A stretch of 64,000 nucleotides of DNA from Leucoraja ocellata. Lineage: Eukaryota. The stretch lies in assembly GCA_036785375.1 (NCBI GenBank), contig JAWMAR010000030.1:7378001-7442000 (forward strand). Direction: 5' to 3'. Below, piece after piece: positions 38,056 to 51,389 of this stretch. Under the pieces are notes generated by a model. The model did no database searches and was not told the origin of the DNA. It saw only the letters and a program-made list of their open reading frames with translations. Every line of letters starts with the position of its first letter. Within the stretch, counting starts at the first letter, position 1. The translations under genes were made by a program, and so were the position numbers.

Positions 38056-39715
38056 GTAATTATGGTTTTTATATTCATGGTTTATTTAGTATCTCTGAAT
38101 TTGATTGTGAACAGATTGAGTAAAGAGTCTGTATGAGCATCTTATTTTGCTTCAATAGAATTGAAAGCGTTCAATTTAATTTATTTGATTAAACTTTTTG
38201 CATTCCATCCCCAGTTCAATGCCAGTTCAGTAGAATGTTCCTTCAGGCAATTCGTCAGCAAAGCTCTGACAGATTGCTACCAGCATTTTACATAATTGTG
38301 TTTCAGAATTTTTTGAGTAAAATTACACTTGAATTTGAGGTTCAATGTGAGGTTGCTTCTGTTTTGTTTTCCTTGCACCATCTAGATTGAGGTTGAAAAG
38401 CTGTAGCGCAGTTGCAGGATGCAAGCAGTGTATTGTATGTTTTGCTTCGATGCTTTTAAATCACTGTATCCATTCATTCTTTGATTCAAAATGTTATGTT
38501 ATGAAGTCTCCATTTAGAGGGTTTTGATATAGCTTAATCGTGATGCTGTCCTAGCACATTGAGTTATAAACAGAGATGGAAATGTGCAATTTATAGGTGG
38601 AGGAGTCTTCTTGAACCATACTTTTCTTAGTCCAGAGGTGACTAGCAGGCATTTGCTGCTATCCTCAGCCAAATGTGTCTTTTTCTGGGGTGCCCACTGT
38701 CATAGATGTTTAAAACCTTATATGTTTTCAGCCATAAATGGCCCAGTTTTAAGTTTGGGACATATGACAATAAAACACTCTTGAAGTTACTGCCCAATGC
38801 ATTGGATAATTGCCAGAGGTGCTAAAATCCTTTGCTCTACAACTTGTTCCTATACAACTGTGACAGTATCTACAATTACTGTAGATTTTGCAAATTATCC
38901 AGGTGTGATCTATCCATTTGGGGCTAATTACCAACAAAGAAAAGCAACGTTGGTAAATGCACTGCTCAGTTTACTACGAAGGTGAGCATTGAGGATTTGT
39001 TTCCAGTTTTTTGAGTGTTAGCAGAACTCGGTTAAGCTGCTTGGGCTGTCTTTTTGGTCTGTGCTTCTGGATGGAATTCCTGCTTTTTTCCTCCAAAGAC
39101 ATTTTGCTGAAGAAAACATTGGAACTACGCCTAATTGTTAGTGAGTATAAATTAAATAGGAGTGACTATCTTGCAAATGATATATGGGTGCAGTGGGCAG
39201 CTGCATGTCTGGAACTTAATTTGGTGTTGGGTTTGGGGCTATAGATGGAAAGGATTGAAAGCATGTGAGGATTTGTTCAGTTACTAGCTCCAATTGCGGC
39301 TCATTAGTTCTTCACTGGGTGTCATTTCGAGTCAGAATGCAAAACCATGTATTCAGACTAAAAACACAAATTTTCTTTGCACTTGCTTGACAGCATTTAT
39401 TTGTTTACCTTGGAAACAATGTCTAGTTAAATGGAGACTGGCATAGTCTGTTTTTAAAACTGCTTGTTAAAAATTTATATGGAGCATTTAATTAAAAGTC
39501 ATTGAGTTTTCTGTTCAATTAACATATTCAATTGTGAGATGATTCACAGGAACCTTTCTGGTGTAAAGTGAAAATACTGGCGTGCATGTCACTCATACAC
39601 ATGTCTTTACCCAAACTGGGCACACCAATACCCATTTAGATGGCAGGTGTGGTTGTCTAGAACATATGATGTGGTGTAGATGGTCTTTCAGACTTGTTTT
39701 TATGGGGTTTTACAG

Positions 39716-39886
39716 GAAGGGAGCCATCTATATCCAGTGACAGCAGAACAGATTCTTCGAATGAGAGCTACCATTACAAGCACAGTCATCAAGAGTCTAT
39801 GGTCAGCCATTTCTCATCTGATTCACAGGGTACAGTGATTTGCAACATGGAAAACGACACAGCTTCTCAAAGCAGCAGGGATACAG
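39716..39886 (+). CDS. USP54: USP54 coding exon 10
   Basis: tacag|GA; [40 protein letters not shown]...SSRDT; G|gtacta. Confidence 0.93.
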
Positions 39887-40224
39887 GTACTATAAATTGT
39901 AAAACGATTGGTGACTCCAAGAATTGAAAATCAATCCGTGGTATGGCAGAACCCAGCATAATGGAGTTAATTAAGACTTTGTGGTTGTCATTTTCAAAAA
40001 ATTAATTTTACAATTGGTGAGACAAAATCTGAAAAGAAAGATTTAATTATTCAATGTTGATTAATTTTTGGCCCCACATGTGAACCTTTAAGTAGGGAAT
40101 TAGAATATTTTCTAAGAACATCTGATGAAAGGGATTTATTTCAGTTCTATTGGCTGCAGTAAATGGCAGCCAATAGAACTGTTTCCTTACTGCTCCTGCA
40201 AATTAGTTTCAATCATGGCCTCTT

Positions 40225-40445
40225 GTGCTGTCAGTGTGCAGTTTGTATATTCTCCCTGTGAGCACGTTGGTTTTCCCAGGTGCTCCTGTTTCTTCCTGCA
40301 TTTTAGAGACTTGTAAATGAGTGCATTAACTGGATGCTATAAATTGCTCCTCCTAATTTGGAGGTGAGAAGTAGAATTTGAGGGGGCATTAATGGGAAAG
40401 TGGGGAGAATGTGGAGATTATGGAATTTAATCCAAACAAGTGTGG
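40225..40445 (+). mobile_element. Older V-SINE fragment
   Basis: gtgctgtcagtgtgcagtttgtatattctccctgtg..ggttttcccaggtgctcc.gtttc V-domain. Confidence 0.55.
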
Positions 40446-40889
40446 GATGTTGCATTTTGGGGAGTCGAATTAAGCTTAACATCTCTATACCTATAAAAGT
40501 CTGATCTTGTGTGTGTGTGTGTGTGCGCTTGTCTGTCTGTATGCAATGTATCTTCCTCAAAACAATACGCTCGAATGCTTAAACTTTTACATGTTCCCAC
40601 TTCCATTTCTCCCCTCCATGATCTCATCAGGTACACCACAGATTTCATGCTCTATTTCAAAAGTTATTCGCGATTAAAGTATAAAAAAAACAAAAAATGC
40701 TTCTCACAGAGTCTTTTTCCAGCAGCTTCAAATGATGATGTCACAATGCCACTCACAGTGCTCCAATCACAATTGACTCTCAGGGCTGATTGGAGAGGAG
40801 GGAGGGGAGAGGGGAGGAATCTCCCTGTTGGTTTGGTCCTGGGCCAGGCCAAGATGGCAATTTGCAGGCCCCCCACAACCAAGGTCAAT

Positions 40890-41095
40890 AGAGGCCTGGA
40901 ATACAGTGCCAGGGAAGGTGGTGGAAGTATATAAGATGGCAACATTTAAGAGGCATTTAGACACACACTTAAATAGCAGAGGTTGGAGGAATATAAATTG
41001 TGCTGGTAGATTGAATTAGTTTAAATTGGCTTGATCGTTAAGGTATCTTGTGTTGAAAGGTATATTCCTGTGCTATATTATTCTACAGTATGTCT
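40890..41095 (+). mobile_element. Old CR1 3' fragment
   Basis: AWNTVPGKVVE...TFKRHLD.HLN, then cctgtgctat..ttcta tail. Confidence 0.65.
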
Positions 41096-42615
41096 ATATT
41101 CAATGTGTACAAAATATGGGTGAATCATGAACTTTTACACCCATCCCATTCTACCAACGTAAGTGAATTCTAGAAATCCCTTTGATCCTTGAGTTCTGCT
41201 TTCTTTTCTAAACACTCCTGAGAAGTAAATTGTATGCCATTTTAGGTATGCAAAATAGGTTCAGTATTTCTGAATGCTGAAAGTTATTAACCTTTGCGCA
41301 ATGCAAGCAGTGCAGAAAGTAACCTGTGTGTGCTTACTGCATACTTAAAAGAATAATATGAATTTAAAAGGGAAGTTAGGGTTTTTGGGGAAACTAAGTT
41401 TATAAAAATGAGTTGGAAAGGTGGAGAAAAAGGAACTTTGGAGGTGGAAATTGGAGAAGGTAAGAATATTGGATTGGATGGGATTTTATGGTGCAGTGGT
41501 CCATGTAACAAAACTAGAAAGGGCTGTAGTAGGGAAGATATAGATAGAGAGCTGGGGATGGTGAGCTGAGAGATGGTTGACAATTGTTGGAATTGGAGGA
41601 TGGCGAGCAAAGTACATGAGCAGGAAGAACTACAAAAGCTGTGGGGATGTGAGCAAATGAGGCTAAATGCACCGAGCTGAACAATAAAGCAGAACATCAT
41701 TTGGTCGAATGTGTGATAGAGTTCAAGACACAGAAACAACAATGAATAAGGTTTAGGAAAAGCAATCTCTCAATTTTTGTGGTGTGAGTTGGATGTTTAA
41801 GTTTCATGCCTAGCTTATAATGTAAAAAAAATTATACTTTTTACAACTATAAAGTTATATTGTAAATTATAATTATAAATTTTATAATGTAAATAATCTT
41901 CCTTTTAAAATAAAAATGTTGGCACATCCAGATTTTTTACTAGAAATAATTTTGTTTTTCAGAAAGAAATAATTCATAAACTACCATTCAATGCGCAATT
42001 GTAATAGCCTGCATAGTTCCCCACAGCTGGGTGTTTAAGAAATAATTTCAGTGAGGGGTTTATTTTTTCCACTGGTTGAACTGCACATGCAAGATAAATG
42101 CAAGAATAGGAAGGGGATGATAGGTAAAGGTCCTTTATGCAGTTTGGTACTACATGTTTGGGGTTTGGAAAATAGCTTGAGCATATAAATGACATAATGC
42201 TGTGAAAATATATATTTTAACATAGGGAGGAAATTTCTATACAGGATTGGAATAATGAAGTCACTGACTGCAGCATAATTACAGTCAGCTACAAGCTGTT
42301 GCTTGATAATAACTGGTGTTATACTATGGATCATGGGTAATATCACAAAGTGTTGGCACCACTGTGTCAACCAGTCAGTTAAAGACAGTCTAGGCTCAGA
42401 ACAGACTGTCTATTTCAGCTTTCCTTTGTGAATATGATGCAAGATCTGTGGACTGGTGAGCATTCAATATAGAGATTTATTTTTAAAGTAGGTCTACAGA
42501 AAATTTCTGCCTTTTTGAATATGCAGTGACTTGCAATGTCCCATTTACTGGGCTGTGCCATATTTTCTTAAAATTAAAATTCATTTTATGTTAAGAAATT
42601 GATATTTTGTCCCAG

Positions 42616-42771
42616 GACATCATACAGACAGTGAATCTAACCAACGACCTCCTTTCAAAAAAGGGATTTCTGTGGATAGAAGGCGAAGTTCCAGCCGACC
42701 TAGGCGCCCTGACAATCGCGGGAAACCAGAGAAGTCAGATGAAATTCCCATTTGTGGTTATCACAGTGAAG
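42616..42771 (+). CDS. USP54: USP54 coding exon 11
   Basis: cccag|GA; HHTDSESNQRPPFKKG...CGYHSE; G|gtgagg. Confidence 0.9.
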
Positions 42772-42927
42772 GTGAGGAAGGAAATCTAACTTGAGCCATT
42801 GCAGAAATGTCATGAACCTGGAAGTGCAGATTGGTATGGGTGTGGCTGTGTGTGCTTGTGTACAATGAAGTTGTTGCTCTTGTGCAAGCTTTATAGTCTT
42901 TTGTGTCCTTTATGTCCAAAATTGTAG

Positions 42928-43621
42928 GCGAAACATTGAAAGAGAAACAAGCCCCAAGAACTGGACCGAAACCTGCTACGAGTCGATTGAAGGACTTCAA
43001 AGAAACTGTGAGCAACATTATTCATAACCGACCGTTGCATAATCAAGACCAGGGCAACAACAAACCCATTCCTGCAAAATTGGTGGACTCTGTAGATAAC
43101 GGAAATTTCCGAATGTCAATTGGACGCTCACGAGACTGGGAAATGGAGAGCACGAGTGGTGAATCCAAATCAAGTTCATCGAGCAGATCGAAGACTTACC
43201 TGTGGAAACCTAAACGCGAGGTTCTTAATATTGATAGTATCTTCACAAAAGAGAGAAAAAAGCCTGGCTCCAGTCCACAAATGGCTTCATTGTCTGAAGA
43301 CGGTGCTAAAGATTCTAACCACAATAAGACTGAAAGTTCAATAGGAGTTGGAAGTGCTCCTTTGACATTAGACAATTCAAAAAATGAAGGAAAAGACATT
43401 CAGATTAATAATAACGACAAATATGAGAAGACTGGGTGTTCAGGCAAAGGCATGCAACAAGTTACTATCCAAAGTTTGGGAGAAAGTGAACGATTTATTC
43501 AGAGAATGGAATCTGGCTACGAGAGCAGTGAACGCAACAGTAACAGTCCAGTAAGTTTGGATACGTCGGTTTCTGATGGGCTCCCAGGTGGAGTGCAGAA
43601 TTCCACTGTCAATCCTTTCAG
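42928..43621 (+). CDS. USP54: USP54 coding exon 12
   Basis: tgtag|GC; ETLKEKQAPR...RDWEMESTS...LNIDSIF...IQRMESGYESSERNSNSPVSLD; AG|gtaaat, phase 2; lies within ORF 42903..43625. Confidence 0.93.
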
Positions 43622-44033
43622 GTAAATTATCTTATTTATTTAACGTATCTCGTGAGCTTGAGAGCTTGAAATGTTATATATCAGGAAGTTACTTATAACA
43701 ATATTTTATTACTTAATTTTCTATAATATCATTGCTTTTAATAGAGAAATTAAAACAAAATCCAGTAAAATTGATTGGGCATAGAACCTCATACTAGATG
43801 TGAAAATACATTGTTCTCCTTTTTATGACCCTTGCTAAGGAAAATATCTCAATGTATTTATTTTTCTGTTTTATCAATGCAGAAATTGATATACCCTGTT
43901 GCTCATTTGGATATTTCTGTTGCCTTACAATAAATGTTGATTTCACTGTTGCTTTTGTGCTTTCTGTTTGAAGGGAAGCAAGTGTTCACAATAAATGCTG
44001 ATTTCTGTGTTGCTACGTGTCTTTTGTTTGAAG

Positions 44034-44167
44034 GGAAACTTGCACTAAGAAAGCAACCATTTCTGGTCCTTCATGGAAAACAGTTCCCAAGTCCAAGAGC
44101 AGCAGTGCCTTACAACAAGAATCATCTGCAGCTGCCAAGAGCTGGGTGCATTTGCAGCAGATTCCCA
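44034..44167 (+). CDS. USP54: USP54 coding exon 13
   Basis: tttgaag|G; ETCTKKATISGPSWKTVPKSKSSSALQQ... (resembles recalled PSWRHIPKSHSSS); A|gtaaga; phases 2 to 1 fit the neighbouring exons. Confidence 0.85.
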
Positions 44168-44569
44168 GTAAGAAAGCTTGCAACCTTTTATATTATAATG
44201 CAGAATGTTTGTTTAGATCTCTGATAAATGTATTTAAAAATTGGCATATCTCACTTGTATGTTGTATCATTAAAAATGACCTTGGAGTTGTCACTTTCCC
44301 TACATTACTAGAATTTTTAAATTTAAACAGGATAAATTCTTTTGAAAATGCGTGCAACCACGTTAAAATTATTATTGATAGACTGTGTTTGTAAGATAAC
44401 TTTGTAAGGAATCTGTTACAATAATTTCAATGTAAGGATGTGTGCAAGTGCCTTCCGTGGGTTGTTTGGCATTTTTGTAGTAATCAAGTTAACACATTTA
44501 CTTGCTGTGACGAGCTCATTGATCAGAATCGGTGTTGGAATGCATTCATTTCATTCACTTTCAAGTCCC

Positions 44570-44870
44570 TAGAAACATAGAACATAGAAAATAGGTGCAG
44601 GAGTAGGCTATTCGGCCCTTCGAGCCTGCTCCGCCATTCAATATGATCATGGCTGATCATCCAACTCAGTATCCTGTACCTGCCTTCTCTCCATACCCCC
44701 TGATCCCTTTAGCCACAAGGGCCACATCTAACTCCCTCTTAAATATAGCCAATGAACTGGCCTCAACTACCTTCTGTGGCAGAGAATTCCAGAGATTCAC
44801 CACTCTCTGTGTGAAAAAAGTTTTCCTCATCTCGGTCCTAAAAGATTTCCCCCTTATCCTTAAACTGTGA
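44570..44870 (-). mobile_element. CR1 3' fragment, same subfamily as the 6539 element
   Basis: Near-identical to 6538-6831 (compare ORFs 6604..6831 and 44643..44870). Confidence 0.92.
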
Positions 44871-44954
44871 TGTAGATGAAAACGTAACGGTTTTATAAAC
44901 TAATGCAACTTTCTTTTAAAATATATCAACAATGCATAATATGTCTTTGGAATG

Positions 44955-45445
44955 GAGACACAAGAAATTCTGGCATCAGGAGCAACAAACAACCTGGAGA
45001 AACTCAGCAAGTTGAGCAGCACCTGTGGGGGAAAGTATGGAGAAGGAAGATAGCCAGTGTAAAGTGGAGAAGTTGAGTGATGAGACAGAGGCCAGTGGGT
45101 GATTGGTCAATAGCAGAGAGCTAGAAGAATGTGGATCTCGGTACATTTTGGAAAGCGAGACCCAGAACTTGCCTGCCTGCATCTATCATCCACCTCTGTC
45201 TGCCTCCCAACTCCACCCTTTACCCTTCTCTATCTGGCTAGTTTGGCCCATCACCCTTCACCCCCCCCCCCCCCCCCTTGGTCCAACAATCACCCACTGG
45301 CTCCTGTCTCATCACTCCCCCTCTCCTTGATATTACCTATCTTTCCTCTGCACTCTTAGTCCTGATGCAGGGTTTCAACTTGAAAAGTCAACAGTTCATT
45401 TCCCCTCACAGATGCTGCTTGACCTGCTGTGTTCCACCTGCAGAT
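44955..45445. mobile_element. Penelope-derived repeat (older, with inverted termini)
   Basis: gaaactcagc..gcagcacctgtgggg at the left and cccctcacagatgctgcttgacctgctg at the right; degraded ctgatg..gaaa core at 45362-45389. Confidence 0.55.
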
Positions 45446-47353
45446 TAGGAATACTACATTAACTTTAAAGGATTGGCCAGTGTCAAACTTGTGCAGTCAC
45501 ATCTGACGCTCACCTGAATTAACCAGGGGCCAGAAGAGTAGAATTAATTTGAGCTGGCGTATCACCAAAATATCCTGATCTAAATGGAAGCTGAATGTCT
45601 TAAAAATAATATTCTTTCTTTGAAGTATTTCTTCACGATCTGTCATTAAACAGATATGATTTTATTAAATTTATCTTTAAAGTTTGCTACATGATAGGAA
45701 TGGGCGAATGCATATATTTTAATCAATTCATGCCAACTGAGTTTTGGTGAAGGATTTTTAATGTCCAACAATTGTTTGGAAATCTATTTGTAATATTTCT
45801 GCTTGTACAGCAATTGGTATCCTGTAATTGTAGTCAATTCATTTTTGCATAGAAGTAGCAGAACTCAGTATCTTGTCCACTAGTTTATCCAATGGAACAT
45901 TGCATCGAGCCACCTTCCTTGCAACTGGAGGCCTGCAACAGAGGTGGTAACGAACTCCAGCACTCGTGATGACAATGCAGTTTATTATTAATTGCAGCTA
46001 TCCCATGGGCTACCGACGATCAAGTCATATCTTGCCTTTTTAAATCTAATCCTTTAAAATAGTCAAAATGCCCTTGGGCCGATGCGACAGAAACAAACTA
46101 CAAATTGTTGCTGTGTTGGACTGCAAAATTGATGATTGGGACTTGCTTGTCACATTTTTTGTCAGTATTGAGCACTACTGGATCTGCAACATTAAGGTGA
46201 AAGTATATAGTGTGCCGCCTTGATAGGTGTAGTGGATGTAGTGGACTTTAACCTGAACCTTTGGTTATCTTCTGTGCTAGTCCAACGCTAACTCATTCCC
46301 ACAGCAAGAATTCTAAATGAGGTTGTCCTTTTATGCACATTTAATGCTGCCTCCCTTGTTGATTAGGAATCCGATTATTCTGCTTCGTAAGAGAGAGATG
46401 AAGGTTCTGACACGATTTTATTCTGAAATTCTGTCAACGTTCAGCTGACCTTGTATTTAGCTACTATTTATTCAACCCTTATTATTTGTCGCAGCAAGCG
46501 ATTTTCAGTCTTTCTGCAACAGTCTTGCAATGGCTTGCTAAACCAATACACACTCATCACCAGTAGTTGTTAAGGAACACTCCCATGGATTGAATTCAGT
46601 AAACACATTGAACATTCCGTAACTGGACATTAAGGTCTGTTTACTTTGGGCTAATAAAGATTTATTTCAGAGGACAGCAACTATCCTCTGTGAAGTCCTC
46701 CAAAAAATAATATTTTTCTTCTTGTTCAATTATATCTTTGTTTCAGTTCTCTGTTTTCACTGCTAAGCCTCATAAATGTGTTTTTTTTAAAGGTGTTTTT
46801 TTTGCAGTTGATCCACAGAATGTTGCCAACTGAAATTAATCTGAATCTTATTAATATGAACATAAACTATTGCCATTGTGAATACTTTAAACACCTACAC
46901 ACCACAGATATTCTGAAAAAAAAAGGTTTTCCATTTAATGCAGCTGGCTCGAAAGATGCATGCATGTCATTTATCCAGCTGACCTGATTTTTATGCTCCT
47001 GCTTAATTTGTGCAATTAATTGTCCTGCTGCCAGGACACTGACTGCTTGATTTGGTTCCAACTCCCATATTTAACTTTAATTTGATTGCCAGATTACAGG
47101 AAAGCAAATTGAGCCACCATGCATAAGAACAATCAGTTTTAGTGGAGCTGCTTTCAGGCAATGATGTTTCAGTTATTGTTCAGGAAATTGTTTTGGTCAA
47201 CTTCATGATGTCCTTCAACCTTTTGATGTTCTCCTTTTCACAACAAAATGTAATTTATCCTGTTACTTTGTTTTAATACATAGTTGTACAGCACAAAATA
47301 GGCCTTTTTTCCCCCCAACTAGTCCCTGCCAACCAATATGTATATCTAAGCTA

Positions 47354-47527
47354 GACACAAAGTGTTGGAGTAGTCAACAGGTCAGACAGCATCTCTGGAG
47401 AAAAAGGATGGGTGGCGTTTTGTCGCCTATCCTTTTTCTCCAAAGATGCTGCCTGATCTGCTGAGTTACACCAGCATTTTGGGTCTATCTTTGATGTAAA
47501 CCAGCATTGGCAGTTCCTTTTTACACA
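47354..47527. mobile_element. Fold-back Penelope-derived short element inserted in a CR1 3' fragment
   Basis: Inverted arms; flanks gtatatctaagcta (47340-53) and gtatatctgagcta (47528-41). Confidence 0.78.
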
Positions 47528-47828
47528 GTATATCTGAGCTAATTCCATTTGTCTGCGTTTGGCCCATGTTCCTCTAAACCTTTCCTCTACATGTACATTT
47601 TTAATTGACCTTTAAACACTAAAATTGTGATTAAAGAGTGCAATTTATTCCCACGAGTTATAAAGATGAGATTTGACCATAACAATAACCAGTTTCTCTC
47701 TTTTATTATAAAGGCTGTATTTTGTATTCACCCATCGTACACAGGGTGAGTCCAGTCACAGATAGCTACACTAATTCTCCCTTGTCTCTGAACAGAGACA
47801 ACATTCTGGTGCCATGGTGACTTGCTTA

Positions 47829-48256
47829 AGGGCCTGTTTGGCGATATTTGGGCGACTGCGGAGCGCCAGTGACTGACGCCCGTAAAACCGTCAAGTTGCA
47901 CGACATACACACTGACGTATGCTGTCATGCGAGTGACGCCCGGTTTTAATATATTAATGTTTAAAATCCATGCATTGAAGGAAGAATATTTTACAGCCCA
48001 GCTGTGGTCCCTAACCCTAACCCTAACCGGGCGTCACCTACAGGACAGCATACGCCAGCGTGTGACAGGGCGCACGACATGATGAGGCACCCAAATGTCG
48101 CCGCAGGATTTTGAACATTCCAAAATCCTGAGACGACGGAAGCACCGCGCGTCACTGCATGCGTCACCACGCGTCACCGCGCCTCACGACCAGACAAACT
48201 CTTTTTAGGCTGTCCCCTGAATGTCGCCCAAATGTCATCCAAGTGGGATGGGTCCT
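47829..48256. mobile_element. PIF/Harbinger-type MITE related to the 13399 copy
   Basis: Starts agggcctgt..ttggcga, ends ccaagtgggatgggtcct; TTA TSD on both sides; shares the internal ggattttgaa..ttc.aaaatc block. Confidence 0.75.
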
Positions 48257-48917
48257 TTAGTTATTCACCTTTTCCCAGTTCTCTAGATGGTGCTTTTGTT
48301 GGTGTTTAACACTTGTTCGCTATCCATGGTTTAAAAGTCGTTAATTTACAACAGAAGACTCTCACACCATCTTGTGGAGGAAAATTGCTATGGCAGGCGC
48401 CTCTCCCGAACTAATTGAACCCACTCTCTCTCCCTCACTCTCTCTCTCATTGAGCCCACTTTTCAGCCTCTGAGTATCACAGAGTGGGAATTTGATAGCT
48501 CTGTCTTTGTGAAAGGCCATTGTTTGTAAGAACGTGGATTCATGGCTAAATAAATGGCATTTGAGGTGGACCACTTGGATCACAGGTTTTAACATTGCAT
48601 GTTGATACATTATTTAATTCCTCGGTTATAATGAAAGTCAACTTTCATCAAATATTTGGTGAACAAATCGTGCACTTAATACTTGTACTGTTTGTTCGCA
48701 TGACCTGGAAGTTGAAAATAAGAATGAAATCATTTGAACACTGCAACTCTCCAGATCTGGATCTGTAGACAGCTGTTGAAATTTTACCTAAAGATGTTAA
48801 ACCACTGTAGAGAAAGATATTGGTTTACAGAAAGAGATTTGAAGACTGGACCATTGTCTCAGTTCCCAGCTCGACCATATAAAGAAGCAAATGAGTTCAG
48901 ATTTGCTACTGTGGTTG

Positions 48918-49298
48918 ACTCGCTGCCTCGGCAAGGCCACCAGCATAATCAAGCACCAGTCTCTCCCCGGACACTTCCTCGTCTCCACATCCACTACACC
49001 TATCAGGCAAAAGGTGCAGAAGTGTGAATCCGAATACCACCAGATTCAGGGACAGTTTCTTCCCAGCTGTTATCAGGCAACTGAACCATCCTATCACCAA
49101 CTAGAGAGCAGTCCTAAGCTACCATCTATCTCATTGGAGACCCTCGGGCTACCTTTAATCGGACTTTACGGGACTTTATCTTGCACTAAACATTATTCCC
49201 GTTATCCTATGTCTGTGCACGGCTCAGTTGTAATCATGTATAATCTTTACGCTGACTGGATAGCATGCAACTAAAAGATCTGAATACATGACAATAAA
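48918..49298 (+). mobile_element. Rex1/Babar LINE 3' fragment
   Basis: Similar to 22135-22500 (cgctgcctc.gcaaggcca.cag..cagattcaggga..ttcttcccag..tgacaataaa). Confidence 0.8.
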
Positions 49299-51389
49299 CG
49301 TATGCTGAAGTGTTTGGGTACTCTGCTCAAGTAGATTTAAAAGACCTCATGATATAATTTTGAACAAGAACAGGGCACTCTCAAGTTTTTTTAAATTACT
49401 ATTATCACTCAACTAATGTCAGTAAATCTCTGGCTGTTGTTGCATTTTTATTTGTAGGGTTGTGCTTGGTAGAAATTGGCTGCTATATTTCCATCATACT
49501 GCAATGAATTAATATAAACAATCCTGTAAAGTTCCGATGAGTAATGAGCAATTGAAGGGCTCTATAAATTCAGGTCTTTCTTTATACAGCCCCTTCTGAG
49601 CGAAACTCAGTTTATTTTAGATCAGGATAGCATTTGGCACAATTTATTTCACCAATATATCTTTAATTTTTTCAAAAGGCAAATAGACTCATCTTGGATT
49701 TAATTATATTTCAGAAATGTACTGTATTCAAGATTGAAATTGAAGTGTAGTGCTAAATATGTTACGATGAGCTCACTGAATGTTGCAGTTCTGTTTTGTA
49801 CCGTGTATATACTTTGGGAAGCTTTCATGTCCCTGAATGGTAGAAACATTGACCTTCAGTGTCTGATGGTTAATGTATTCCTGGAAGAGCAGTATAGCAG
49901 CTGTCTTTGACAAATGCTTGGTATAGTTGATGAGAACACAAGTTCGTTCATCCCCACATACTCTTAACATTTGAACTTGGCACCGTGCCTATTGATGGGT
50001 GAAATTAGTTAGTGATCTGCTGTTGTCTAGACACAATATTGGATTTTGGTGAGTTTATAATGTTTTTTGCTGTTCATCTATTAATTTAAACAATGAAAAC
50101 TTTGGATAATTCTGTTAAGATATTCATGTTCCGTTGGATCTCTCAGATATCAAGTAGAGTGAATCGAATTGGCTGAAGCTTGGCGTGTGAGATGATGGAA
50201 AGCTGAGATGTGTTGTACCTCTGGCAAGACAACAGACCCTTCAGTTCACAATGTGCTGAACATGATACCAAATTAAACTAATCTCCCCTGCCTGCATGTC
50301 ATTCATATCCCTCCATTCACTGCACATCCATGCGCCTATCCAAAAGCCTCAAACATAATGGAGGAGGTTGGCATGTTGACTGTATAGAAAGTTTCTGAAA
50401 GTGTTAGGATACAAAACCATTGCTTGACTAGACCGTGGAACAGCTGCTCAAATTAGAAACAAGTCCCCAGATGTTCGAAGAAGACTTTATAATATCGACT
50501 GGACTAGAACCATCTTTACTGTATCTGATTTCGGTGCCTAGGTGGATGCTGGGTGATCTATGCTTACATTATATAAGCGTAGTGGTTATAGCAAAATAAA
50601 TGTCATGGGTAGTTAAGTCTACAATATTGCACTGGGTCCAGAGTCACATATAAACCAGACTGTTAACGCTGCCTTTCTAACTCTGAACTAACAATTTCTG
50701 AACTATGTGGGTGGTTTCTGTTATTGAGGTCAGATTTGTTTTATAAATTCCAGATTATTTAATTCACAATTTAAATTTCATCTTTATCATGGTGATATTA
50801 AAACTTGCATCTCCTCGTTGTTTATCAAGCCTTTGGATTTCCAGTCAATAATTTAATGGAGATGGAATAATTTAATGGAGATGCCATCAGCAATACCCTC
50901 TTACTAATGTAAAGTTGGTTGCATTACAAACATGTGTATTTTTGAATGTGAGAATTAGTCAGAATTGTCTGGCAACCTGAATAGCAGCCTGAATTTACCC
51001 CTTGCCTGTCAGGCAGAAACCCATGTAGAGACAAATTGTTACGTTTTAGATGAGAGGTCTTATTTCTGGAGAGTTTCTGATGAAGGGCACTAAATTGAAG
51101 AAACACTAACTCAATTTCCCCCTCCATTAATGTTGCCTAACCTGGTGTAATAAGAATTTTGTGTTTCTATTTCAAATTTCCAAAATTGGCATATTTTGCT
51201 TTTGTTCTTAAAAAATAATTGAATTTTGAAATGAAACAACAGCATACAACAGTCAAACAGTGTTAGATACTGCTCGCACATAGATACTTTAAACAAAATA
51301 AGATCAAATCCTAAATAAAATGGTCAGGTGTAGTTCAATTTCACAGTGTAATGAAGGAGGTCCAGATCACATTTAATTTTCTTTATTGG

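Noticed and set aside
41287-41742. 151-aa minus-strand ORF
   Set aside because: Low-complexity translation of purine-rich degraded repeat sequence; no domain or splice support.
50847-50883. Tandem duplication of aataatttaatggagatg
   Set aside because: A simple local slippage duplication with no further structure.
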